Source of the DNA: an uncultured bacterium
GTDB taxonomy: Bacteria > Acidobacteriota > Thermoanaerobaculia > Multivoradales > JAHZIX01
Length of the DNA: 64,000 nt
Assembly: GCA_965368975.1 (NCBI GenBank)
Contig: CBDUPA010000002.1
Location: 32,001-96,000 of the forward strand
Direction of reading: 5' to 3'
Shown: positions 32,638-41,117 of the stretch, in pieces
Layout of the letters: each line of letters starts with the position of its first letter
Numbering within the stretch: position 1 is the stretch's first letter
Notes under the pieces: generated by a model
What the model saw: only the letters and a program-made list of their open reading frames with translations
The model's database searches: none
What the model was told of the DNA's origin: nothing
Program-made: the position numbers and the translations under genes

Positions 32638-35600
32638 CGGGAAGCTCCTTCGGAAGCGTCTTCGGCCAGGTCCAGGTACTGACGGATCACGTCCGGTGGC
32701 GGTCCTGTCGACGGGCGATCGAGACCGACGATAGCGGGGCGAGCTCGCGCCGGCGCGGCATCGGCGGGCAGGGTCAATGCGAGCAGGTATGTTCCGGGCG
32801 CCAAGCGCGGCATCAGCACGACGCCCTGGCCTGGCTGGTTGCGACCCAGCTGATCTCGTCCCAACTCGCTGCCGGCGGCGTCCAGCACGCGGACCTCGAC
32901 ACGGTCGGAGTCTGCACGCACGCCGACTCCCACCTGGACGTCCTCCTCGGTGCCACTGGCGGAGACCGGCACGGTGAACAGGAAGGCCCTACTGCCGCCG
33001 GCCGGCAACAGGACCTCTGGCCCTAGCCCCTCGCCGATCTCACTCACCGAGGTGACGGTCAGCTCCGCCGGGGCGGTCAAGGTGCCGTCCAGGGCACGCA
33101 GCCACAGCTCGTGGACGCCGGCAGCGAGGTACGCATCGACGGCGATCCCCTGGGGATGCAGGGCGAGGCGCTCTCCCGAGCTGGAGACGGAATCGGCTGC
33201 AGACCCTACGCGCATGATTGTCAGACCAGGTTGGTCGGAACGCACGTGGATCAGCGAAGCCTGAGGCAGATCGAGGAGCAGGCGCCGCGCGATGCCATCC
33301 AGGGGTACGACAGCCGGCGCCTGGACTGCGACCGACGGCGGCGGACCGTCCGGGAACCAGCTGCCGCGACTCGGCGGGACGCCATCGCGCTCGATCCAGG
33401 CGACGACGCGGCCCGGACCGTGCGGCAGAGACAAGCGCGCCGGCACGCCGTGCAGTGCCAGCTCGGTGCCGCGCTGCACACGGCCGCTCTGGTCCACGAG
33501 CTGAGGGGCGTCCAGCAGTTGGGTGGCGCCGCTGGTGCCCAGGATGTGCAGCACGCCCTCGGCCGCGGGTACGTCGAGTTCGCGCGTGCCCCGGCGTGTG
33601 AAAGCTTCGCTGAAGGGGGCATCCACCGTCAGCCGTGCTTCCACCCTCGAAACGTGGGTACCGGAGGCTGAGTCCGTGAGCGCCAGCGGGAAGACCTCGA
33701 TGTCGTAGCGATGGGCGCCTTCGGCGGTGTGCAGCAGGGTCAGACGGTCGGCCGGGCTGTCGACGGTCGCTTCGAACGGCGCGCCACCGGCCCAGTGGAC
33801 GCTGAGCACGTCGTCGCCGCGCGACAGCACCGCCAGCAGCTCACGACCGAGAGCCAGACGCAGCTGCTTGGTGCCGTCCGGCAAGGCAAAGCCGCGCGCG
33901 GCGACGCCCGCCAGGCCACCTTCGAGACGACCCAGGAACGGCGGCTCGTAGACCACGTCGCGGTAGCGCAGTTGGTGCAGGCGGACGTCGGTCAGCTCGC
34001 TGTCGCCCGCGGCCCACCCAGCCACGGGACGCGGTGCGCCCTGGAGTTGGACGGCGAGAGCACTGCCGGCGCTGCTGCCACCTCCATGGGCGGCCACCGC
34101 ACGTGGCGGCTCACTGCCGAAGGTGAGCACGGGCTGACCTATGACGGAGCGAGCCAGCGCCACGACGGGGCCGCCTCGGCCGTCCTGCGCGGCCAGGTCG
34201 AGCACCATCGGCGCCTCTGGACGGCCGTCCTCGCCAGCTGCGGGCAGACGCACGACGCGCGTCGATGCGGCACCGGCAGGCAGGCGTAAGCGCTCGACGG
34301 TGACTCCTCCAGAAGTAACCCCTCCAGCGGTACCCGTGCTACTCCACTGCACCAGGTGCACATGTTCACCCGACGCCGGCACCAACGTCTCGCCATCGAC
34401 CGGCACACACGGACGGTGCACTTCGGTGCACGTTAGCAACTCACTGCCTGTGACGCGGAAGCTACCTGGACGCTGCAGGACGAGGCTGGCGACGCGCGCG
34501 GACGGTGCCCCGGCCCCCATGCCTTCGACTGCTTCGAGCGTCACTCGGTCCTGCTCACCGCGAGCCTGCTCCCTGCGTCCCCGCGGCTTGACCGCCGAGG
34601 CGGTCAGGTCGACGTTGCCGGGGCGGCGATCGAGCGACCACAGGCGCAGGCGGTAGGTGGCCGAGGAGTCTTCGGGCAAGGCAACCGCGACGCGTGGCGT
34701 GCGGCCCTGGTCTTGGGCCAGCGTGCGCCAGGTACCGTCCTGCTGCGCTTCGAGCGCCAGGCCGAGCGTCTGGTCGGCACCGGCAGCGGCCAGCAACAGG
34801 GAGGCCGAGCGCGGCAGCTGCAACGGCAGCAACCACATCTGCTCGTCGAGCGCGACGCGGGTCGAGGCCGGCAGGGTCAGGGGATTGGCCTCGTGCTCGC
34901 TCGGCCGGCTGACGCTGACACGGGTCTTGGCCGTGGCGGTGCCGACCGGATCCAGACGCAAGCCGTAGCGGCCGGGCTGCAGTGTCGCGGCGAGCTGGAA
35001 GTTCCAATCCTCGGGGTGGTCGTCATAACTGGCGATCAGACGGCTGCCCTGGTAGAGACGGGCACGGACGTCGGCCGCACCGAAGGAGCGCACCTCGATC
35101 AAGCCGGCCTCACCGATCACCAGCGGCATGTCGACCGGTGCCTGCAACTCGCGGGTAATCCCCTCGGTCAGCTCGTAGGGGCTTACACGCACCCAGTACG
35201 GCACGCGGTTGTTGCGCCGCACGCAGGTCACGGCCAGGCGGTAGCGACCGGCTTCCAGTTCACCAGACCAGCCGCGCTCGGGCGGCACGATCAGCTGCGC
35301 TCGCCAGGTACCGTCCACCCAGCGCTGCAGCTCGCCGGTCATCTCGTCGGTGAGGGAAATCTGGATCGTCAGGTCGGCCGGGATCTCGACCTCCCACACG
35401 TCCGGTGTGCGCTCCGATTGCTCGGGCTCCTGCCACAGGTGGCGCACCGGTACGTCGAAGGGCAGCGCGTGCGGGCCGTGACCGCTGAACTCGGGTGGAT
35501 CGGGCACCTCTTCCAGCAACGTCACGGCACGGTTGTCGACCGACTCCGGCAGCACGACCAGGCGGTAGTCACCGGCGTCGAACAAGCGGTTCCACTCGGT

Positions 35601-38192
35601 GGGCTGGTTCGGCGCCAGAATCGGCCAGCCATCGCCGTCCTCCAGGCGGCCGCGGAAGACCCGCTGCAAGCCGTAGGACAAGAGGCGGTAGCGGCCATCC
35701 TCCGGAATTTGGAAGCGATAGACCACTGCTTCGCCAGCCGGTAGGCGCAGGCGCGCTGGCACACCGGGCACCAGCTGACCGCCGTCGATCAGCGGCGACT
35801 GACGCAGGTGCAGTCCCAGGTGGCCCTCGGAAGCACCGACCGTCGAGACGGATAGCTGGTAGTCGCCCTCGCTGAGGAACTGCTGTACCAGGAAGTTGCG
35901 GCCGACTCCGTTCGAGCCCTGACGATCGAGCGACGTCACGACACGGCTGCGCAGGTTCCCCTCGGTGGCCAGCAGGCCGCTGCTCTCCAGGCGGTAGAGG
36001 GCCGGCTCGTTCGCCCGCACCAGGAAGGTTGCGCGCTCAGCGCCGAAGAGGTCGAAGAACTGGGGCTGCGCATCGACCAGCCGCGGAAAGTCGGGCAGCG
36101 ACGCCAGCGCGTCGCCGGGTAGCGGCGGTAGCGGCGATGTCGCCAGTAGCCGTTCGGGTACCAGCTCGAGGTTGTAGAGCTGCGTCTGGGTCAAGCCCTG
36201 CTCTAATGGGTCGCGCACCTGCACGGTGTGGGTACCCACCGGCACCTCGAGCACATCGCCCCAGGCCGTGCCGTCGAGCGACACCTGGAGTCGGGTCCCG
36301 GTCTCGGTCAGCGCCGTCAAACGACCCGGCTCGGCGGCACGGAACGGCACCTCGACGCTCTCGCCCGGGCGCTGTGCCAGCGGCAGCGCTCGCGCCAGAT
36401 CGAGCGGCAGACAGCGTAGCACCAGGCCGGAGTGGACCTCCGGCTGGTGATTGGGAAAGAGGGTGTAGGAGTGGTTGGGGTTCAGCCGTATGCGCCCAAA
36501 GCGCACCGCCGCACGCACCGGCTCCGCTTCGACCGTTCCCCGCGCGCCGACCAGGTCGAGCAGGGATGCCACCATGCCGGCGGGACGGACGGCAATGTCG
36601 AGGATGCCCTTCTTCTTCGGCCGCACCGTCAGCACGTAGTAGCCGGCGTCCAGATCCCAGGCGGCACCGGCAGCCCGGAACGGCGGCGGCTCGTACTCGC
36701 GCGGCGGATCGACCAGGAAAGGCTCGAAGCGGAACTCGGCCTCGACGCCGTCCGACAACACCTCGTAGCGACCGGTCTGGCGAACGCGTAGGTGCACCGT
36801 GAGGTCGTCCAGCAGGTTGCAGCGCCGCGCCCACGCTTGGTCGCCGCCGAGGTCGATGGCCTGTGCCAAGAAGGGCTCGCGGTCGAGGCCCTTGCCCGGT
36901 ATCCAGCGCGCGACGATCGCCGTAGCGTCGATCGCGTCACCGACCGGACCAGAGTGCACGGTCGACAGCCAGTACTCACCGCCGCGCCAGAAGCGATAGC
37001 GATCTCGCTGCTCGAAGTGCTGCAGCACGTAGGGCTGCCCCGCCGCCGCGCGCACGCTGATCACGCGGGGCTCACCCTCACGGTCTTCGTCACCATCGGT
37101 GCTGCCGGCGAAGCGGTTCTCAGCCTCCAGAGCCGGTAAGCGCAGCTCGGCCACCGGCGGTACCGAGTTCTTCTGAACTCGAGCGGCATCGGCATAGTCG
37201 GGCTCGTAGTACGGCCCGGAAGACTCGAAGTCGTAGATCTTGAGGCTGGCGTCGATCGCCTCGGGCACTTCGATGCGGAAGAAGTTGGTACGCCGCGGCA
37301 CCAAGAAGCGGTCAATCCCAAAGGGGGACACCTCCAGGCTGCGCCGGCCCGCCTCGGCCAGGCGTGGGATGCCAGCGCGCAGATGGAACGGGCGGCTGCC
37401 GTCGTCCTCGGCCCAGGGCTGACCGACGCCGCCGTAGGCACTGAGCAGATACAGGCCGGGCTGCAGGAAAGTCGTGATCCGATGCACGGCCAGCGGCTGG
37501 CCCGGCTTCGGCATCACCACCTCGAGATCGCTGTCCGTGTCGAGCAGCCAACTGCCGTCCTGCCACAGACGCAGGTCCTCCAGATGACGACCCGCCGCTT
37601 CCAGGTAGACCCACCTCGCCCGCTCCACCGCCAACCAGTAGGAACGGTACTCGAAGTCGTCCAGGCTGCTCGAGAGCAGCTTGAGGTCAAGCAATCGCGG
37701 CGGCCCGCCACCGGTAGCCGCGCCGGCGGCATTGGCCTCCACGAACTCGTGAACGCGCAGCGTCGCCTGCTCCTGCGACGGACCGTCGACGACGCTTCTC
37801 TCCCCAGGCGACTCGGGGCCAAAGACAATGACCTTGTAGCTACCCCGGTCGAGGAACAGATCGAGCCGGCCGTCCTGCTCCCCCGCAACACCCACGACCT
37901 CTCCGGGGCCGGCCATCCGGTCGATCAGCTGCAGCGCCGCGCCGCGCGGGCTCTCGACGGTCAGTGCGTAGCGGCCGAAACGCTCGATGTGCAGCAGCAC
38001 CTCCCGGCGGCCCCAGGCCGAGACCTGCGCAGGCTCCAGCCGCGCCTCGGCCATCACCTCGGTGCCGGCCGCCGTCGAGCCAGTGCCCATCGAGCCAGTG
38101 TCCATCGAGCCTGGAAAGTACTGCGCCGACACCGGGTTGGGCACCAGCCAGAGCATGCAAGCAGCAGCCGTCAAGATTCGAGTCGCGCGCAT
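32634..38192 (-). CDS. Giant (~1850 aa) secreted protein with repeated PPC/beta-sandwich-like modules
   Basis: ATG 38192 with AGGAGG RBS; signal peptide MRATRILTAAACMLWLVPNPVSA-Q; recurrent L-x-x-G-x-Y-x-[LV] motifs; stop overlaps the A2M start (ATGA). Confidence 0.85.
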   Translation of the reverse strand: MRATRILTAAACMLWLVPNPVSAQYFPGSMDTGSMGTGSTAAGTEVMAEARLEPAQVSAWGRREVLLHIERFGRYALTVESPRGAALQLIDRMAGPGEVVGVAGEQDGRLDLFLDRGSYKVIVFGPESPGERSVVDGPSQEQATLRVHEFVEANAAGAATGGGPPRLLDLKLLSSSLDDFEYRSYWLAVERARWVYLEAAGRHLEDLRLWQDGSWLLDTDSDLEVVMPKPGQPLAVHRITTFLQPGLYLLSAYGGVGQPWAEDDGSRPFHLRAGIPRLAEAGRRSLEVSPFGIDRFLVPRRTNFFRIEVPEAIDASLKIYDFESSGPYYEPDYADAARVQKNSVPPVAELRLPALEAENRFAGSTDGDEDREGEPRVISVRAAAGQPYVLQHFEQRDRYRFWRGGEYWLSTVHSGPVGDAIDATAIVARWIPGKGLDREPFLAQAIDLGGDQAWARRCNLLDDLTVHLRVRQTGRYEVLSDGVEAEFRFEPFLVDPPREYEPPPFRAAGAAWDLDAGYYVLTVRPKKKGILDIAVRPAGMVASLLDLVGARGTVEAEPVRAAVRFGRIRLNPNHSYTLFPNHQPEVHSGLVLRCLPLDLARALPLAQRPGESVEVPFRAAEPGRLTALTETGTRLQVSLDGTAWGDVLEVPVGTHTVQVRDPLEQGLTQTQLYNLELVPERLLATSPLPPLPGDALASLPDFPRLVDAQPQFFDLFGAERATFLVRANEPALYRLESSGLLATEGNLRSRVVTSLDRQGSNGVGRNFLVQQFLSEGDYQLSVSTVGASEGHLGLHLRQSPLIDGGQLVPGVPARLRLPAGEAVVYRFQIPEDGRYRLLSYGLQRVFRGRLEDGDGWPILAPNQPTEWNRLFDAGDYRLVVLPESVDNRAVTLLEEVPDPPEFSGHGPHALPFDVPVRHLWQEPEQSERTPDVWEVEIPADLTIQISLTDEMTGELQRWVDGTWRAQLIVPPERGWSGELEAGRYRLAVTCVRRNNRVPYWVRVSPYELTEGITRELQAPVDMPLVIGEAGLIEVRSFGAADVRARLYQGSRLIASYDDHPEDWNFQLAATLQPGRYGLRLDPVGTATAKTRVSVSRPSEHEANPLTLPASTRVALDEQMWLLPLQLPRSASLLLAAAGADQTLGLALEAQQDGTWRTLAQDQGRTPRVAVALPEDSSATYRLRLWSLDRRPGNVDLTASAVKPRGRREQARGEQDRVTLEAVEGMGAGAPSARVASLVLQRPGSFRVTGSELLTCTEVHRPCVPVDGETLVPASGEHVHLVQWSSTGTAGGVTSGGVTVERLRLPAGAASTRVVRLPAAGEDGRPEAPMVLDLAAQDGRGGPVVALARSVIGQPVLTFGSEPPRAVAAHGGGSSAGSALAVQLQGAPRPVAGWAAGDSELTDVRLHQLRYRDVVYEPPFLGRLEGGLAGVAARGFALPDGTKQLRLALGRELLAVLSRGDDVLSVHWAGGAPFEATVDSPADRLTLLHTAEGAHRYDIEVFPLALTDSASGTHVSRVEARLTVDAPFSEAFTRRGTRELDVPAAEGVLHILGTSGATQLLDAPQLVDQSGRVQRGTELALHGVPARLSLPHGPGRVVAWIERDGVPPSRGSWFPDGPPPSVAVQAPAVVPLDGIARRLLLDLPQASLIHVRSDQPGLTIMRVGSAADSVSSSGERLALHPQGIAVDAYLAAGVHELWLRALDGTLTAPAELTVTSVSEIGEGLGPEVLLPAGGSRAFLFTVPVSASGTEEDVQVGVGVRADSDRVEVRVLDAAGSELGRDQLGRNQPGQGVVLMPRLAPGTYLLALTLPADAAPARARPAIVGLDRPSTGPPPDVIRQYLDLAEDASEGASR

Positions 38193-38357
38193 CGGAGACC
38201 TCCTGCCGAGCTCTCTGTCACCTGCCGAGAGCCGTCCTTCAGTGGGTGTATCACTGCCACACAGGATAACGCACTCCGGCTCGCCGGAATGCCCTGCGAG
38301 AGGTCCGAATTCACAGCGCAGGATCCCGTGCCACCGAGGGTTGCTTACAATGTGGTG

Positions 38358-38987
38358 GTGGTTGCCGAAGCTCCGACGAGACACGCTCCAGAACCGGCCT
38401 CGCAAGAGGATCCGGACCGCGCCCTGCTGGCCAGAACGGCGCAAGGGGACGACGGAGCTTTCGGTGAGTTCGTCGAGCGCCACCAGCGCCGACTGCTGCG
38501 CCTGTGTGAGCGCATGCTGGGAGACGCCGAGGAGGCGCGCGACGCGGCGCAGGAGATCTTCCTCAAGGTCTACCGCAAGGCCGGCAGCTTCCAGCCGAAG
38601 GGCAAGGTGTTCACCTGGCTCTACCGCATCGCCACCAACCACTGCCTCAACAAGCTACGGCGGCGTAAGATCGTGCGCTTCATCGGCCTCGAAACAACCC
38701 GTGCCGGTAACAGCCACGGCAACGAGGACGACACCTATACCCTCGACCCCGCCGATGCCGGCCCCGATCCAGAAGCGGCCCTCGAAAGCCGGCGGCGCTG
38801 GCAGCGAGTGCGGCGGGCACTGGCCAAGCTGCCCGAGAGCCAACGCACGGTGGTAGTGCTCATCCGCTTTGAAGGTCTGTCCTACCGGCAAGCCGCTGAA
38901 GTGTTGGGTACCACCGAAGGCGCCGTCGACAGCCGCCTGGTGCGTGCCATGCGCAGCTTGCAGGCAGAATTGGAGCCCGAAACGTGA
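38358..38987 (+). CDS. ECF RNA polymerase sigma factor (SigW/RpoE-like)
   Basis: GDDGAFGEFVERHQ, EARDAAQEIFLKVY, FTWLYRIATNHCLN, LPESQRTVVVL..FEGLSY. GTG start 6 nt after TACAAT (38346-38351). Confidence 0.92.
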   Translation: MVAEAPTRHAPEPASQEDPDRALLARTAQGDDGAFGEFVERHQRRLLRLCERMLGDAEEARDAAQEIFLKVYRKAGSFQPKGKVFTWLYRIATNHCLNKLRRRKIVRFIGLETTRAGNSHGNEDDTYTLDPADAGPDPEAALESRRRWQRVRRALAKLPESQRTVVVLIRFEGLSYRQAAEVLGTTEGAVDSRLVRAMRSLQAELEPET

Positions 38988-39170
38988 GCCCTGCCATGAA
39001 CCGGGATGATCCTGACCCGAGAGCGCAGGAAAGCGACGAGTCGAGGGTTGCAAAGATAGGAGAAGGGATCAGGACGTGTGCCAGAAGGCGATAGAGTTAC
39101 TGACGCACCCACACCGGTGCTTCTATAGAGACACTCCAGAATGGGGCGGCACCACCGATCGGAAACTGCG

Positions 39171-39668
39171 ATGAACAACTCCTCACCACAACCACAAGAC
39201 GCCGAGTTGCTGCGCCTGACCCTGCGCCAAGCGCACGGAGAGGCTACCGCCGAAGAGCTGGGCCAGCTCGACGCCTGGATGAAGGCGGACCCCGAGCTGA
39301 TAGCTGCCGTGCAGCGGCTGCAAGCCAGCTGGCAGCAGCTCGAACCGCCGCCCGCAAGTCCAGTGCCGGTCGGCTTCAGCACACGCGTCGTGGCGCGGGC
39401 CCGCGCCCTGCGACGCGGCGAAGACGGTTTCTCCTGGAAGCTGGCACCGACGTGGCTGCGCGCCGCCACCGCCGCGGCCCTGGTTACCGGCGTGGCGCTC
39501 GGTGCTGGCGTCGGAACGCTGGTCGCTGTACCGAGCCAGCCCGAGAGCTGGGGCCTGGAACAGCCGATGCAGCTCTCCACCACGCTGTGGACCTCGGACG
39601 CCGACGACGAAACCCCGTTACCGTGGGAGACAGAGGCGAGCACTGGCGGCGAGGAGACCCCGCAGTGA
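39171..39668 (+). CDS. Putative membrane anti-sigma factor
   Basis: Follows the ECF gene; GEATAEE..QLDAWM..DPEL, P..GFSTRVVAR, single TM segment. Confidence 0.7.
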   Translation: MNNSSPQPQDAELLRLTLRQAHGEATAEELGQLDAWMKADPELIAAVQRLQASWQQLEPPPASPVPVGFSTRVVARARALRRGEDGFSWKLAPTWLRAATAAALVTGVALGAGVGTLVAVPSQPESWGLEQPMQLSTTLWTSDADDETPLPWETEASTGGEETPQ

Positions 39669-40342
39669 AACGCTGGGGGCTGACCCTGGCCCTGGTCCTG
39701 TCTCTAGGCATGAACGCCGGCATCCTGGCGATGATCGCCGTCCACCGGCTGGGTTCAACGACCGCGGAGCCGCCCCAGATGCAAGGCACGCCGCAGCAGC
39801 ACCTCGAGCAGCTGGCCGACTGGCTGCGCCTTGACGGCGACGAGCGCCAGGACTTCCTGGAACTACAACAGCGCTTCTTCCGCGGCATGCAGGAGAATGG
39901 TCAGGAGATTCGTCGTCTGCACGATCGCCTGCGCCGGGAAGTGACTTCACGGCAGCCGGACCGCAGCCAGGTCGACGAGATCGTCCAACAGCTGGGCACC
40001 CGCTTCGAAGCGCGTGAGCGCTTGATGGTCGACACGGTTCTCGATTCGCGCCAGTTGCTCAATCGGCGCCAGCAGCTGCAGTACCAAATGTTCTTCGCGC
40101 GCGCCCTGCGCCGCATGATGGCTGGCGACGGCCAGCGTCCTGAGGGCGAGTTCGGGCCGGGCAGGTTCGGCCCCGGGGGCCGGCGACCGGGCGCCATGGG
40201 ACCTCCACGCCGCGGCTTCGACGAGCCCGAAGGTAACGGCCGCTTCCGGGATCGCCCATTCGCCGGTCCCTCCCGACCCGAAGAGGGGCCACCCCCACCC
40301 CTCGTCGAGCCGCCCACGTCTTCGGAGCCACCCGTCTTCTGA
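39665..40342 (+). CDS. Periplasmic Spy/CpxP/heavy-metal-resistance family protein
   Basis: GTG overlaps the anti-sigma stop (GTGA); LALVLSLGMN anchor; L.LDGDER...; LLNRRQQ (LTxxQ-like); Pro/Gly-rich tail. Confidence 0.8.
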   Translation: MKRWGLTLALVLSLGMNAGILAMIAVHRLGSTTAEPPQMQGTPQQHLEQLADWLRLDGDERQDFLELQQRFFRGMQENGQEIRRLHDRLRREVTSRQPDRSQVDEIVQQLGTRFEARERLMVDTVLDSRQLLNRRQQLQYQMFFARALRRMMAGDGQRPEGEFGPGRFGPGGRRPGAMGPPRRGFDEPEGNGRFRDRPFAGPSRPEEGPPPPLVEPPTSSEPPVF

Positions 40343-40393
40343 CCTGGCTCCCCTAGCGCCCAGGCCAGCTGCGATAGACTCGGTCGTCTTCGT

Positions 40394-40436
40394 TCGACAT
40401 CTTCCGACAGGGATCAACGATGTCGAAGGATGTCGA
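40394..40436. promoter_or_regulatory. Candidate sigma54 enhancer (UAS): 16-bp inverted repeat, two CGACA sites per arm
   Basis: TCGACATCTTCCGACA-N11-TGTCGAAGGATGTCGA, 14/16 complementary; about 75-115 bp upstream of a -24/-12 promoter. Confidence 0.75.
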
Positions 40437-40508
40437 GAAGCTACCGAACCAACGCACAAGAGCAGCTCAGCAACCTGCATCTGGCTTGCCCGCGGTGGAT
40501 TCGAAACC

Positions 40509-40523
40509 TGGTATGGCCCTTGC
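40509..40523 (+). promoter_or_regulatory. Sigma54 (-24/-12) promoter
   Basis: TGGTATGGCCCTTGC has exact GG-N10-GC spacing and is close to TGGCAC-N5-TTGC; about 60 nt upstream of ATG 40583. Confidence 0.82.
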
Positions 40524-40582
40524 TCTACATGTTCGACGTCTGCAACGAACGTCCAAACATTCTTAGAGAGAGGGTCTAGACA

Positions 40583-41098
40583 ATGCAGAACCTTCTGACC
40601 ATGACAGCCCCGTCCACCAAGACTCCAACCACCGAGAACCTGCCCGGTCGCCCAGCGACCTTCCGCCGTCAAGACATCATCGTCCGCTTCAGTCTGCGGG
40701 ACGGCGAAGGCCACTTCGAGTTTCTCACCAACGGGCAGCCGCCGACAGAGCAGTTGATCCTGGACATCGAAAGCGACCAAGAGACCCTCGTCTTCTACCT
40801 CGAAGGCGTGGATGGCCCCGTGGCCTTCCTCAGCAACCCGTTTGTCTGGGTCGATTGGCAGGAAGGCACCAACGAGCCCGGCTTACGACCAATCGCGCAA
40901 CCGGTGAACTTCACCTGCTTCGCTCAGGGGGTCTGCTGCGTCATCCAGGACACCAATCCCCTGCCGCCCCGGGGCTCGGTAGCGTGGGAACCCGAGCAGC
41001 GATTCCACTTCTTCCTGCAGGTTCTCGCCGACGACCGGATCTATACGTCGAAGGATCCGTCGGTGGTCAACAAGGAGCCCCCGCCTGGCGGTCCTTGA
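40583..41098 (+). CDS. Small beta-rich protein, DP-EP family-like (C-terminal YTSKDPSVVNKEP)
   Basis: GAGGG RBS; no signal peptide; terminal F.F.L.V.....IY.S.DP.V.N.EP pattern recalls PF08985 (SO1698). Confidence 0.65.
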   Translation: MQNLLTMTAPSTKTPTTENLPGRPATFRRQDIIVRFSLRDGEGHFEFLTNGQPPTEQLILDIESDQETLVFYLEGVDGPVAFLSNPFVWVDWQEGTNEPGLRPIAQPVNFTCFAQGVCCVIQDTNPLPPRGSVAWEPEQRFHFFLQVLADDRIYTSKDPSVVNKEPPPGGP

Positions 41099-41117
41099 CC
41101 GTGATCCCGCGCTGGCT

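Noticed and set aside
37383-38642. Long N-terminal extensions of the ECF sigma (from 37383) and of the giant protein (from 38642), implying a large bidirectional overlap
   Set aside because: Better starts exist: ATG 38192 with AGGAGG and a signal peptide, and GTG 38358 after TACAAT. The extensions are antisense shadows.
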